From positions 1 to 64,000 of IMG/VR virus record IMGVR_UViG_3300034106_004008: DNA of 64,000 nt. One strand, given 5' to 3'. The position numbers were made by a program, and so were the translations under genes. The notes under the pieces were generated by a model. It did no database searches. It was not told where the DNA came from and saw only the letters and a program-made list of their open reading frames with translations. This DNA is from an uncultured virus (IMG/VR IMGVR_UViG_3300034106_004008) (Duplodnaviria > Heunggongvirae > Uroviricota > Caudoviricetes). Positions 10,107 through 19,953 of this stretch are shown in pieces. Numbering within the stretch: the stretch's first letter is position 1; every line of letters begins with the position of its first letter.

Positions 10107-10400
10107 TTAATCGAAAATGCCCTCGATGGCGTCTATGACATGGGATATGAATGAGGTGTAATGGAAGGGTGCATACAGGATGCATAACCACGCGAAGTCG
10201 GAATCGTAAACTGTACTGCTGGTGAAAAAGAAACACCAGATCAGAACCACGATCGGGGTCGCGAATAACAGGTTCGAAGTTGTCAGTGGAATCAGTGCGA
10301 TCAAGACCGAGGTCATGAACACCCAGAATGTGAATTCTCCGCCCATGATAAAATACATGGCGACCAAACCCAATGTATAGGCTGTATTTATTGCATTCAT
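10107..10400 (-). CDS. membrane protein
   Basis: hydrophobic 97-aa ORF with its own promoter copy at 10417-10448. Confidence 0.7.
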   Translation of the reverse strand: MNAINTAYTLGLVAMYFIMGGEFTFWVFMTSVLIALIPLTTSNLLFATPIVVLIWCFFFTSSTVYDSDFAWLCILYAPFHYTSFISHVIDAIEGIFD

Positions 10401-10551
10401 ATTATTTTAATTTAATCAAAGATAACACATTAAAATTTAATGTGCAAATTTTTTTAAAAAAAAATAATGTATTCGAGTTAACAACGGGCGTTTTCTATTC
10501 ATTCATACTATTTATTTGTATACAAAAAAATAAACAAAAACAGTATTGAAA

Positions 10552-10803
10552 ATGAAGGACACACTCATCACCCAATTAACGGATACACTAACTAAAAAAC
10601 CTGAATACGGAATATTATCATCAATGTTATCAATCACCATGAGTGCAACAGATCTCCTACAATTGATCGGTGTGATCCTCGGTCTTTTCATCGCGGTGAT
10701 CACAGCCATCCTGAAGGTGATGGAACTCAGGGACAGGATACGTGAGAAAAGAGGTTTACCAACCAGAAAGACCAGACGCAAGAAAGAAGCGGATGACGAA
10801 TAA
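10552..10803 (+). CDS. holin-like small membrane protein
   Basis: hydrophobic helices, highly charged C-terminus, TATTTAT motif upstream. Confidence 0.5.
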   Translation: MKDTLITQLTDTLTKKPEYGILSSMLSITMSATDLLQLIGVILGLFIAVITAILKVMELRDRIREKRGLPTRKTRRKKEADDE

Positions 10804-10861
10804 GTGAATACATAAAAAAACTGAAAGGTGAATTCTAAAAGGGTTCACCTTTTTTATTTAT

Positions 10862-10981
10862 ATATGAATTCTAAAAAAGTTACGGATATGAATTCTGGAA
10901 GATCCAGCAATATGAATTCTAAAAATTATACGGGGTTGAATTCTAGTAGAAACTTAAACTTGAATTCGAGAACAGAACCTG
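10862..10981. repeat. 24-bp-period tandem array with TGAATTC core
   Basis: GAATTC at 10866, 10890, 10914, 10938, 10962 (exact 24-bp spacing), plus 10830. Confidence 0.85.
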
Positions 10982-11049
10982 GGAGGACTTTTTGAAATCA
11001 AAAACAAAACAGAGAGAAAGGGTTGCCTCCCAGGCCTGAACTCTTAAGG
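10965..11049 (-). ncRNA. candidate small hairpin RNA
   Basis: promoter copy 11054-11085 with no ORF downstream; perfect 9-bp stem CCTGGGAGG (10978-10986) / CCTCCCAGG (11026-11034). Confidence 0.5.
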
Positions 11050-11113
11050 ACTACAAATGTAATACAACTTTTTTTATTATGCAAGTTTTTTTGAAACTTT
11101 TTTTATCTTTTTT

Positions 11114-11665
11114 TTAATCGAACTGAAATGGGGCGAATTCGTCAAGCGCATATATCCAGATCGCCAGATACTTTTCCACCAGAACATAATTGAATTCCCC
11201 AGCTCTGGCGTCCATGGCACTCATGAGAAGTTCGATCCTTTCATCCAGACAGCTGGTGAGATCCAGAATAAATTTTTCCTGGTTGATCCCGAAAAGATAT
11301 TTCTCCAGAAGCATTTCCTCCAGATCATCCACCTCACTGTTATTATTGGTGAGGATGTTCAAAGCATTTTTGCTGAGCTCGTGATCCAGATATACAACAC
11401 AGGGTTCCTTCTTAATTTTATTACTGATCTTCCCCCTGAAAAATTCGGATGTATTAATTTTAATATATTTGATCGGGGCCATCTTCTCCTCGTCCACCGA
11501 TGGCAGACTCAGGAATTCATTCCTGGTTCGATCGAACGCCGCCTTTACTTCAGCAGCCTCAAGATCATCTATATGATCACCTAGGATTAACACGTTAAGT
11601 GAATCCTCAAATGGTGACGTGAATTCAGCGATCACTTCTATCGCGCTTCTCTCATCTCCGCCCAT
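11114..11665 (-). CDS. hypothetical protein
   Basis: 183-aa ORF. Confidence 0.7.
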   Translation of the reverse strand: MGGDERSAIEVIAEFTSPFEDSLNVLILGDHIDDLEAAEVKAAFDRTRNEFLSLPSVDEEKMAPIKYIKINTSEFFRGKISNKIKKEPCVVYLDHELSKNALNILTNNNSEVDDLEEMLLEKYLFGINQEKFILDLTSCLDERIELLMSAMDARAGEFNYVLVEKYLAIWIYALDEFAPFQFD

Positions 11666-11669
11666 GAAT

Positions 11670-12035
11670 TCAGATCACATTTAAATAACATTTATTATTC
11701 GTCATGATAACCGAATCTGCATTCAGAATCGATTCGTCCGAGCTCTTGATCCTGAACGTTTCCATCTTGTATGGATTGTAGTAGATCTCCTCACCCAGGT
11801 TCGCGGCCCCAGAAGCAAGCTTGAATTCTTGGCAGCATACGAATGCATGTACATTCTTTTGCTTCGTCTCCAGAACCCTGGCCCGTCCAGCCTGAGATAC
11901 CCTGAACGTTACGCCGTAAGCTTCTAGATCCTTGACATGCTGATACAGACGGTACCCTCTCTTCTCCTGGTTCCATCTCATCACACTGAAACAGTCTCTG
12001 TGTAGATTCCTGTATATCTTGAATTCTGGTCTCAT
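11670..12035 (-). CDS. conserved phage protein (YRNLH..FSV / KNVHAFV / YNPY)
   Basis: recurrent phage motif set. Confidence 0.8.
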   Translation of the reverse strand: MRPEFKIYRNLHRDCFSVMRWNQEKRGYRLYQHVKDLEAYGVTFRVSQAGRARVLETKQKNVHAFVCCQEFKLASGAANLGEEIYYNPYKMETFRIKSSDESILNADSVIMTNNKCYLNVI

Positions 12036-12343
12036 TCGTATTTCTCTTTAATATAAGTATCAACGATCTCCGTCAACTCCGCCCATGGCATAAGTTTTCT
12101 CATCAGATCAGGTCGTCCTGGTTCACCAAAGATGATCTCACCTGAATCGATATACCCATAACAACCCTCGAAGTCAAAATCCCGATCGCGTTTATAAGAC
12201 AGGCCGTAATTCTTAAGGTAACTAGGGGCCACATCCAAGATCCTGGCAGCTTCAGCATATGAGGTGGCCCAGCACAGTTTAAATGTCTGGTACCCTCTGT
12301 ATATTACAGAGGTCTCGTATATTTTTCTTTCTTTCTTACTCAT
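12032..12343 (-). CDS. hypothetical protein
   Basis: overlapping operon ORF. Confidence 0.7.
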   Translation of the reverse strand: MSKKERKIYETSVIYRGYQTFKLCWATSYAEAARILDVAPSYLKNYGLSYKRDRDFDFEGCYGYIDSGEIIFGEPGRPDLMRKLMPWAELTEIVDTYIKEKYE

Positions 12344-12653
12344 CGAATTGTCCCGCTTCTTTTGCTAGTTTATAATTCAGTTTCATGGTTGGTGAGATGT
12401 ATTCCCAGACGCCCGCCTCGAGCGCTTCGAAGAGACCAACGCTAGCAAAGTAATTGTTCGATACCAATTCTAGCCCGCTGTTGTCCCTGTCATGCGGGTT
12501 AGATTCAACCCTGCGATACATCTCAACATTGCCGTTATCATCTCCTTCCTGGTAGTTACAGTAGAAGACGAAGTCTTCGGTTATCAGACCCTTATGGAAT
12601 CGACCGTTCCAACGGATGATAAACTTTGGATAATTGTTTTGTTTTGCTTTCAT
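12336..12653 (-). CDS. hypothetical protein (probably leaderless)
   Basis: ATG 4 nt after promoter TACCTTTG. Confidence 0.75.
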   Translation of the reverse strand: MKAKQNNYPKFIIRWNGRFHKGLITEDFVFYCNYQEGDDNGNVEMYRRVESNPHDRDNSGLELVSNNYFASVGLFEALEAGVWEYISPTMKLNYKLAKEAGQFDE

Positions 12654-12714
12654 ATGACAAAGGTATATGAATTTAATTTAACTTGCAAGTCTGAATGCAA
12701 AAAAAAATAAGGGG

Positions 12715-13458
12715 TTAGTTACAACCCCTTACTACGAAACCTGTATCATCTTTCTTTGCTTCACCCTTTGCTTTCAACCCCACGACAACACCATTGCCAT
12801 GTAAGAAAGTAAGATCGTGCTCGTCACCATTGATAACCTTTGCATTGTTGTATTCAGCGGGAAGTTCTGTCTCGTCCTTAACAGCGAAAACAACAGCGAC
12901 ATTGAAACCAAGTGCGAGTGCTTTGTCCGCTTCGCGTTGGTTGTCCTCTGTCTCCGCCCTGGAAAAGGTAAGGTGATAGTTCGCAGGCAATTGCTTTGTC
13001 AACCTTGAATAGATCTTTGTGTAATCGTAAAATTGCACATCAGGAAACATTTCCATGACATTTTTAAAACCACCCACTGGAATGTTCTCGTAAGGAATAT
13101 CAGAGGTACCATTGAGACGAACGCACATTGCACCCGCACCATGTTTTTTAATACCCTTTTTAATTTCCTTAACAACATCGTCCATGAAGTTCACCTTGTC
13201 ACGAAGAAAGTATTCAGTCTTATTCAGACGACCTTTCATGACATTGCTAAACTTGCCACGACCCGCTGTGAAGAGACATGACTTCGAACAGCCTGCTGTG
13301 GCTTTCGGGCAAATGTTCTTGCCAAGCGTGTTTTGTTTTTCTGGTGACATATACAGGATATAGGTTGTATACCCCAGTTTTTCACCTTTCTTTGTCTTTG
13401 CATTCTGCGTACCAAACAGTGTGGTAGGCTTCTTGTACGTGTACCCTAGATTAAACAT
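12715..13458 (-). CDS. Gp88-like protein (Cys-cluster, radical-SAM-like)
   Basis: CPKATAGCSKSC, VRLNGTSDIPYE, QFYDYTK, NYHLTFS, GLKAKG motifs; ATG 13458 after promoter. Confidence 0.75.
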   Translation of the reverse strand: MFNLGYTYKKPTTLFGTQNAKTKKGEKLGYTTYILYMSPEKQNTLGKNICPKATAGCSKSCLFTAGRGKFSNVMKGRLNKTEYFLRDKVNFMDDVVKEIKKGIKKHGAGAMCVRLNGTSDIPYENIPVGGFKNVMEMFPDVQFYDYTKIYSRLTKQLPANYHLTFSRAETEDNQREADKALALGFNVAVVFAVKDETELPAEYNNAKVINGDEHDLTFLHGNGVVVGLKAKGEAKKDDTGFVVRGCN

Positions 13459-13600
13459 GATTTTTATTTTTGATTTCGACACAAAGATAAGTGCAATAAA
13501 TTTAATGTGCAAATAAAAATGAAAAAAGTTTTTTGTGATAAAGTTTGCGAGTTAAAAATATATGGTGTATATTTGCTCTCGAAATCAAAAACAATATACT

Positions 13601-14446
13601 ATGCCAAACTGGTGCGAAAATCGTTTAGAGGTATCGGGTGATACCAAAGAATTCAAACAATTCCTTGCAATGGGAATTACCGAAGAACCTGTGCGTTACA
13701 GCAAAACAGGTGAAACAGAACTTGTCTGGAGAATGTCGAACTACTTACCGACACCAGAACCACTTTCCAGAACCATATCACCACCTCGTGATTGTGAATG
13801 GGTGAACGAGTGGGATGTGAACCACGCAAAAAATCGTATCGAGAAACAACAAGAGTTGATCGCTGATCTGGAGAAAAAACTTCTGGAGACCACAGACAAA
13901 ACCGACAGGGACTTCATCAACAACCAATTGAATGAAGCAAAGATACCAATTGAAATTCCAGAACTAATTGAATGTGCCAATGGTACAGAAGAGAAGCGAG
14001 AGGCTCTTATTGAAGAGTATGGGACTGACAACTGGTACGACTGGAATGTTATGAACTGGGGAACAAAGTGGGATTGCTCGTCAGAGGAAATGGGTTTCGA
14101 TACAGATAACGAAAACTATATTACAATTAACTTCAACTCCGCCTGGTCGCCACCAATCAACTGGTTGGGAAAAGTTATCAAAATGTTTCCGAACTTGAAC
14201 TTCAAACTGGTGTTTATGGAAACTGGAAACTGGTTCGCGGGTTGTGCTTACAGCGAGGATGGTGAACTTATGTTAGCGGAGGGTGAACCAGAATATGTTT
14301 TGGATGGCGTTGTATATAACTACAATGTTGAACAAAGAGTTTATGTTGGTGAGGACGGAAATGTAATTTCGGAAGAAGAATGGAATGATGAGAACTCTTG
14401 CTTCCCAGAAAACCCATTCGATAACTTTGATACACCTTGGGAATAA
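13601..14446 (+). CDS. DUF1281 / YubB (Api92) ferredoxin-like domain protein
   Basis: MPNWCEN, WYDWNVMNWGTKWD, FNSAWSPP motifs. Confidence 0.8.
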   Translation: MPNWCENRLEVSGDTKEFKQFLAMGITEEPVRYSKTGETELVWRMSNYLPTPEPLSRTISPPRDCEWVNEWDVNHAKNRIEKQQELIADLEKKLLETTDKTDRDFINNQLNEAKIPIEIPELIECANGTEEKREALIEEYGTDNWYDWNVMNWGTKWDCSSEEMGFDTDNENYITINFNSAWSPPINWLGKVIKMFPNLNFKLVFMETGNWFAGCAYSEDGELMLAEGEPEYVLDGVVYNYNVEQRVYVGEDGNVISEEEWNDENSCFPENPFDNFDTPWE

Positions 14447-14524
14447 TGTAATAAAATTAACTGGGGGAGAAAAAAACTTCCCCAGTTTCTTGCATATTAA
14501 ATAAATTTAAATTACCTTTGTCAT

Positions 14525-14758
14525 ATGATAATAATTGGAAGACCCATTGAGGGCATATCGTTAAATGGTTTGGAGTACCTTATGAATGAGGACAACACAG
14601 ACTACAAGTATTTCAACAGCAAACGGGAAGCAATGGACTTTCTGAATTCTTTGTCGGAAGATGTTAAACTCACCGATGAGGAGTTGGAGGATTCATTCAT
14701 GTTTCTGGATACTGAAACTGATTTTGAAAACCCAGATGTATTTACCAAAGGTGCGTAA
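14525..14758 (+). CDS. hypothetical protein (probably leaderless)
   Basis: GISLNGLEYL motif; ATG 4 nt after promoter. Confidence 0.75.
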   Translation: MIIIGRPIEGISLNGLEYLMNEDNTDYKYFNSKREAMDFLNSLSEDVKLTDEELEDSFMFLDTETDFENPDVFTKGA

Positions 14759-15002
14759 ACTAATATTTGTATTCACTGTCCTGGTGACAGGGTGTGTCCA
14801 GAGACCACCGAAGTCAATTCATGTGGTGCCACATGTGATTAAGAAAGTTGACACGATCGAACAGTACGATCCAACAACACTGAATTACAAGAAGCGCTAC
14901 CGATATGAATTCTGGGACAGCACAGCTCCAGTTACAGTTGATCCTCAACATGCCCGTTACAGGGTGGGGGACACAATTGAATACACATACTACCAGTATT
15001 GA
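14751..15002 (+). CDS. putative lipoprotein
   Basis: GTG start at 14751 gives signal peptide ending VTGC. Confidence 0.55.
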   Translation: MRKLIFVFTVLVTGCVQRPPKSIHVVPHVIKKVDTIEQYDPTTLNYKKRYRYEFWDSTAPVTVDPQHARYRVGDTIEYTYYQY

Positions 15003-15058
15003 TTTTTGTTTTTGATTTAGTGGTGAAGAGACGGTTCCAGAAATGGAGCCGTTTTTTT

Positions 15059-15541
15059 TTATATTTTTTTTAAGTCGAAGCTCCTGATGTTCATGATCTG
15101 GCTGTAATAGAATTCAAGTAGATCGCGTTTGTATTTGTCCAGATGTTTTTGAGCTTCGCTGTAATCCAGATAAGTATCAACCTGGTTCTCGCCGATCACG
15201 TACCAGTCGATGTAACACTTAAGCTCAGGAGAATTCATGTAAGCTTTTTTAATATACTGTACAAAATATCTGGGTTCGAATAGATCCTTCACCTGGAATA
15301 TCTTTATTACAGATTCCTGGTAGTGTTCATTGTTCTGGAAGATTTCCTTCACAACATTCTGAGCTGTCTTCAGCTCCTTATAAAGTTTTGCTTCTTTGAA
15401 TTCCACAGAGACAACTGGTTTGCTCTGGTACTTTCTGGTGAAAACTGAGTACGATCTATCTGGGGTGATCACGACAATTAAATATCGTTCACCGTCTGTT
15501 ATATCAAAAGATCTCTCATTTAAAATCTGGGACTTCACCAT
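15059..15541 (-). CDS. hypothetical protein
   Basis: 160-aa ORF; TATTTAT upstream; ILNE near N-terminus. Confidence 0.7.
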   Translation of the reverse strand: MVKSQILNERSFDITDGERYLIVVITPDRSYSVFTRKYQSKPVVSVEFKEAKLYKELKTAQNVVKEIFQNNEHYQESVIKIFQVKDLFEPRYFVQYIKKAYMNSPELKCYIDWYVIGENQVDTYLDYSEAQKHLDKYKRDLLEFYYSQIMNIRSFDLKKI

Positions 15542-15598
15542 CCATGATAAATATAACGTCCCAGATAAAAAAATAAAGGGGCTTTTAAGCCCCGTTAA

Positions 15599-15826
15599 TT
15601 ATTCTTCTTCTGGTACGGTGAATATCCCGATGTCTGGTACACAAACTTCTTTACCTGCAAGCTCATCTATTGAATACTTGCGACCGTCATCACCCTCGAA
15701 CATCATATCGTCAGTCCAGTCCTCAACATTGTTCAGGGCCGCGAAGATGATATCACCTTTCATTGAACTTTCTGTTCTACCCCAGTTATCTATAACCTCC
15801 GAGTAGTAAATGATTTTTATCGCCAT
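15599..15826 (-). CDS. hypothetical protein
   Basis: ORF followed by terminator. Confidence 0.7.
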   Translation of the reverse strand: MAIKIIYYSEVIDNWGRTESSMKGDIIFAALNNVEDWTDDMMFEGDDGRKYSIDELAGKEVCVPDIGIFTVPEEE

Positions 15827-15830
15827 AAGA

Positions 15831-16400
15831 TTAATTTATTTGTCCAATCCTGAATGTCCAAGTCATATCCATTGAATGACCAAAGTAAGCATCGGAATAC
15901 ATATCGCTGTAATGTGTTTCCTGAAACAAGGTCATACCTGATTTATCTTCCCAAGTTTCTTGGTGATGTCTGCTAATCTCAATCCCATGATACTCGGAAG
16001 CCAACCTGATTTCCTCATCAATCTTATCGTTCCAAACTTCCTTTGCCTGTTGTTCGGTGTGGAACTCGATAACACTCTCATCAACCCACTCGGAAAAGTC
16101 AGCCACATAGTGTGTAACATTTTCAGGAACTTCAACGCTGTCCACACGATAGTAATGATTACACTCGTTAAGCATCGCATCAAGTTCCTCATCGTAACCA
16201 CAATCGAAACGAACACAATCTTTGGTTTGTCCGAATGAGTACGCCTCATCTTCCTCCAATTCGTTCTTCATACAAATATCCAACAGCGGTTTAACTCTGT
16301 TGTTGTAGAATGTTCTTGCTTCCTCCTTTGTAGGAAAGAAATAAACTTCGCTGTCACCTGTCAGGTGTTTGGCGACCATCACAAAATTAAGTAACTTCAT
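15831..16400 (-). CDS. acidic hypothetical protein
   Basis: ATG 16400 after promoter copy 16424-16455. Confidence 0.75.
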   Translation of the reverse strand: MKLLNFVMVAKHLTGDSEVYFFPTKEEARTFYNNRVKPLLDICMKNELEEDEAYSFGQTKDCVRFDCGYDEELDAMLNECNHYYRVDSVEVPENVTHYVADFSEWVDESVIEFHTEQQAKEVWNDKIDEEIRLASEYHGIEISRHHQETWEDKSGMTLFQETHYSDMYSDAYFGHSMDMTWTFRIGQIN

Positions 16401-16501
16401 ATTATTGTTTTTGATTTCGATAACAAAGATAAGTAAATTAAATTTAATGTGCAAAAAAAAAGAGGGAATTTCTTCCCCCTTTCTTTCAAGTGTATTGTGA
16501 G

Positions 16502-17314
16502 TTAGTTAGCGAACTCCTCCGCCAAGTTCCACAGGCCTTTGTTAATCAGGACATTCATACGAATGTTGCTGATAGGGCGTGAAGCACGAGGCTTCTGCCC
16601 CTCGCCTTGATGTTGGAAGCCACCCTTGATGAGTTTCTCCTGAACTCGGTTGTAAACTCTCCACAAGTCAGGGCCATTGTCCTCAGGACGAACTGCTTTC
16701 AGGATTTCATCAACTGATACATTCTTCATTACTTTCTTGGTGTCCAAAGCGTTTGTCTTTGGGTTGATGTACTCAGGGAAGCGGATAGCGAATGCTCGCA
16801 TAGCGAACTCGGTTTGTGCCTCCTCACTCATAATCACACCCTCGAAGCGGTTGATTGTATTGAACACAGTTGGTAGGTTCTCAGTGATGTTGTTGATTAA
16901 TCCCTTAACCTCATCGAATGTTGTACCCATGTGACGAATACGGAACTTGTTGAATGTTTCATCAGCAACCACCAAGCCGTTCGAACAGATGATGCGGAAG
17001 ATACCCACATGAAAGTTCAATGAGGTTGTGCGGTCGTGAGAATTCACTAACAGGATTTCAGGAACATTCCCCTTAACACCCAGTGAACCGTAGTTGTCAT
17101 TACGGAAGCGCAACATGTGCTTTGTGGTTTCAGGGTTCTTCTTCGACTTTTGTTGCATAGCCGAGTGAACATCCCAACCCATTCCACCAAGACCGTCAAT
17201 GATTTCAGCGGTGGTCATGAATTGGTAGTGCTTTGACACACCGTCCTGAGCACCGTCTTCAGGCATACGGAAAGCCGCAGGTGCAAGTTCTTTGATTTTT
17301 TCGAGTTCGTACAT
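16502..17314 (-). CDS. DUF932/DUF945 phage-plasmid family protein
   Basis: LVNSHDRTTSLNFHVGIFRIICSNGLV and DLWRVYNRVQEKLIKGG motifs. Confidence 0.85.
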   Translation of the reverse strand: MYELEKIKELAPAAFRMPEDGAQDGVSKHYQFMTTAEIIDGLGGMGWDVHSAMQQKSKKNPETTKHMLRFRNDNYGSLGVKGNVPEILLVNSHDRTTSLNFHVGIFRIICSNGLVVADETFNKFRIRHMGTTFDEVKGLINNITENLPTVFNTINRFEGVIMSEEAQTEFAMRAFAIRFPEYINPKTNALDTKKVMKNVSVDEILKAVRPEDNGPDLWRVYNRVQEKLIKGGFQHQGEGQKPRASRPISNIRMNVLINKGLWNLAEEFAN

Positions 17315-17421
17315 TTTATTTTGGTTTTTAATTATGATACAAAGATAAGTGGAATAAATTTAATACGCAAACTTTTTTACATTTTTTTTTGATCCGATCC
17401 AGAATTCAGGAAAAGAGGGGA

Positions 17422-18039
17422 TTAACCCCTCTTCTGATATCCTATAACAGCGTCAAGAATTTCAACATGGTTGTCGGACACAACAATCTTTCCTCGGTCA
17501 TTGCTGTCCTCGCCAACCCATTCAATCTCGCCATTGAGTTTGATACCCCATGGCTCAAAGAAATGGGCGATAAGATACTGCAACCATTCGGTGTAGTGGT
17601 AAAACTTTTCGTTACCATCCCATGATAGTTCAGTACCATCCTCGTTAAGCACCCATTGCAACCAAAGACCTGGCTGTTTGATTTTATCAGCGTTGAGTTC
17701 GGTTTGTAATTTATCACGCAAAACCCAATCGCCTTTGTATTCTCCCCATCCAATCTCGCCACTGGCGCTGTTGTGGTCGATAACACTATCATCGCCATTC
17801 TGACCCTTGAAACCATCTGCCCCAACAAAGTATTCCCCTTTGAAACCATAGATATCGTCAGGGTTGTTCTTGTCTTTAGCAAATGGATTGCCATGTTCCC
17901 CTTTGTAGAGTTCCATGAGTTTGTTAACATCGCGTTTCATTCTGCGAGTGTCAGCGAGTTTATCCAAGTAGTTCTTCTCTACGATGGTCGCTGGTCGGCT
18001 CAAAGACAATGAGCCAAAGAAATCGGTTGAATATCCCAT
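17422..18039 (-). CDS. conserved phage protein (MGY.TDF.G / WDGNEKFY.Y.EWL)
   Basis: recurrent phage motifs; own promoter and terminator. Confidence 0.8.
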   Translation of the reverse strand: MGYSTDFFGSLSLSRPATIVEKNYLDKLADTRRMKRDVNKLMELYKGEHGNPFAKDKNNPDDIYGFKGEYFVGADGFKGQNGDDSVIDHNSASGEIGWGEYKGDWVLRDKLQTELNADKIKQPGLWLQWVLNEDGTELSWDGNEKFYHYTEWLQYLIAHFFEPWGIKLNGEIEWVGEDSNDRGKIVVSDNHVEILDAVIGYQKRG

Positions 18040-18095
18040 ATGTTTTTTGATTTTGTTGGTACAAAGATAAGTGAAATAAATTTAATGTGCAAATT

Positions 18096-18674
18096 TTATT
18101 GCAAAAACTTTTCGAGGTTTGTGTTGTAAATCATTTCCCCCTCAACAAGTTTGGCTTTGATACCATCAACAACAACCTTGAAACGAGCATTACCGATACT
18201 CTTCACAACATCTTCAAGTGTCTTTGCACCTTTCCAAGATACTATCTTGTAATTGGTTGAACGAGGGTTACCATAAAGGATTGCTTTCTTTGTTTGGCGT
18301 TCAATACTTTTCATAAAGTTCAGGCGTTCACAAAGGAATTCAACTTGGCTGTCAAACCTGAAATCATCAGCAACCCAATCATTCTTACCATTGGGCATTT
18401 GCGGGTGCGGTTTGTTGTAATCATCAGCAACAAACTGGGCGAAGTTCTGCTCGGTCAGGAAGTCCTCAAATGATTTCATCATCGCTTTGTGCTTTGCATC
18501 GAAACCATAGGTACGAATGTCAGGGCAACCACCCCAACCATCATTGTTCAGGTAACCTACTTTCTTGTTGTCGAAGTAGATGTCGCAGAAGAAACCACCC
18601 AAGTCGTGTCCGAAGTTTTCTTTCACATTCTTGATTGACACTCGGTCAGTAATTGATTTTGGTAAAATATTCAT
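18096..18674 (-). CDS. hypothetical protein
   Basis: NDGWGG motif; own promoter. Confidence 0.8.
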   Translation of the reverse strand: MNILPKSITDRVSIKNVKENFGHDLGGFFCDIYFDNKKVGYLNNDGWGGCPDIRTYGFDAKHKAMMKSFEDFLTEQNFAQFVADDYNKPHPQMPNGKNDWVADDFRFDSQVEFLCERLNFMKSIERQTKKAILYGNPRSTNYKIVSWKGAKTLEDVVKSIGNARFKVVVDGIKAKLVEGEMIYNTNLEKFLQ

Positions 18675-18788
18675 TTTGTTTTTGATTTTATGAATGCAAA
18701 GATAAATGAAATAAATTTAATATGCAAATTTTTTAAGAAAAAAAAAGCCCCCTGAATTGATCAGGAGGCTCCAACCTAAAAACCCAAT

Positions 18789-19403
18789 TTAATCCTCATC
18801 GGTAGTTTCGTTCCAATCACCCCAATCCAAATCATCGTTATCCTCCTCATCATCGTTACCGATAAAGACAATGCAGAACGCAACATACTCACCCTCATCG
18901 TTCTTGATACCTGTGACTGCATAAGAGCCATCACCATATCCTGAAGAAGAAACAACACCATTTGGTAGGACACCCCAATTTTCTTCACCAAGTGTTAAAT
19001 GACAACAAGCACCATACCAAGCATCACCCTCGTTAGTACCCATTCCAAAGTCACCACCGAAGTCGTATTGTGGTAAATCTTTCGCACTATCATCTTTGCG
19101 ATAGTTGGCGTGGTCGAAGAAACCGAACTGACCACTATCAACACCCGCACTGAAAGGCATTTCGTGTCCACCACCATTCTCAATGGCTTTAACTATACTT
19201 GGGTCTTTGATAGCCGCTTCCAAGTTGTAAACCCAAAGACGAGCGATACGCTCACCCCAAGAGCCTTCATCGGAAGTTTCAATACCCGCTTCCCAATTTC
19301 CGTTTTTCACATTACTCACGATACCCTGACACCAAGTCGGGATTTCGTAACAAGGGTCGGAACACACCATTGTACCTGAAGTTACTTTGAATACTTTTGA
19401 CAT
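18789..19403 (-). CDS. DUF4241-like protein
   Basis: SDPCY, GVDSGQFGFFD, SGYGDGSY motifs. Confidence 0.75.
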   Translation of the reverse strand: MSKVFKVTSGTMVCSDPCYEIPTWCQGIVSNVKNGNWEAGIETSDEGSWGERIARLWVYNLEAAIKDPSIVKAIENGGGHEMPFSAGVDSGQFGFFDHANYRKDDSAKDLPQYDFGGDFGMGTNEGDAWYGACCHLTLGEENWGVLPNGVVSSSGYGDGSYAVTGIKNDEGEYVAFCIVFIGNDDEEDNDDLDWGDWNETTDED

Positions 19404-19442
19404 ATTGTTTTGATTTAGGTTACAAATATAAGTGTAATAAAT

Positions 19443-19697
19443 TTAATTTGCAAGTACTTGGGCATATTTTTTTGCAAATTCTTTAAGTTGCTCAGTTTCT
19501 TCCGCCGTTAACTCAGGAAGTTCTTCCTCGTTTGCAATTGTGATATCCCAGGAATCAAATCCAATGTTTATATCTTCCGATAAACAACAGGTGAGATTAG
19601 CCTCGTAGGTTTCACCGTTCTTGTCAAATTGTACATCAACGGCGATGTAAATTGTCCTACTCATAACCTCAAGGTTGGTTCCAACTAAAAGTTCCAT
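19443..19697 (-). CDS. hypothetical protein
   Basis: own promoter; stop lies inside next promoter copy. Confidence 0.75.
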   Translation of the reverse strand: MELLVGTNLEVMSRTIYIAVDVQFDKNGETYEANLTCCLSEDINIGFDSWDITIANEEELPELTAEETEQLKEFAKKYAQVLAN

Positions 19698-19757
19698 ATT
19701 ATTTTGTTTTGATTGGGACAAAGATAAGTATAATTTTTTTAACTTGCAAATGTGAAT

Positions 19758-19865
19758 CTATCTTTTTTTGGATGAGGGTTTTGGCACACGGCCCTGTTTA
19801 GTTGTTGGTTTGCTTACATACTTGAATGTACTCTTCGTGATTTTTACTTTTACTGACTTAGACAT
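19758..19865 (-). CDS. small basic peptide
   Basis: MSKSVKVKITKSTFKYVSKPTTKQGRVPKPSSKKR; TnnnTTTG-like element upstream. Confidence 0.45.
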   Translation of the reverse strand: MSKSVKVKITKSTFKYVSKPTTKQGRVPKPSSKKR

Positions 19866-19953
19866 ATGCTCTGTTATTAATTGATTTTACAAATGTGATA
19901 AAAAAAAAGGGAGATTTTAAAAACCTCCCCTTTGTGGAATGATAAGAGGAATA

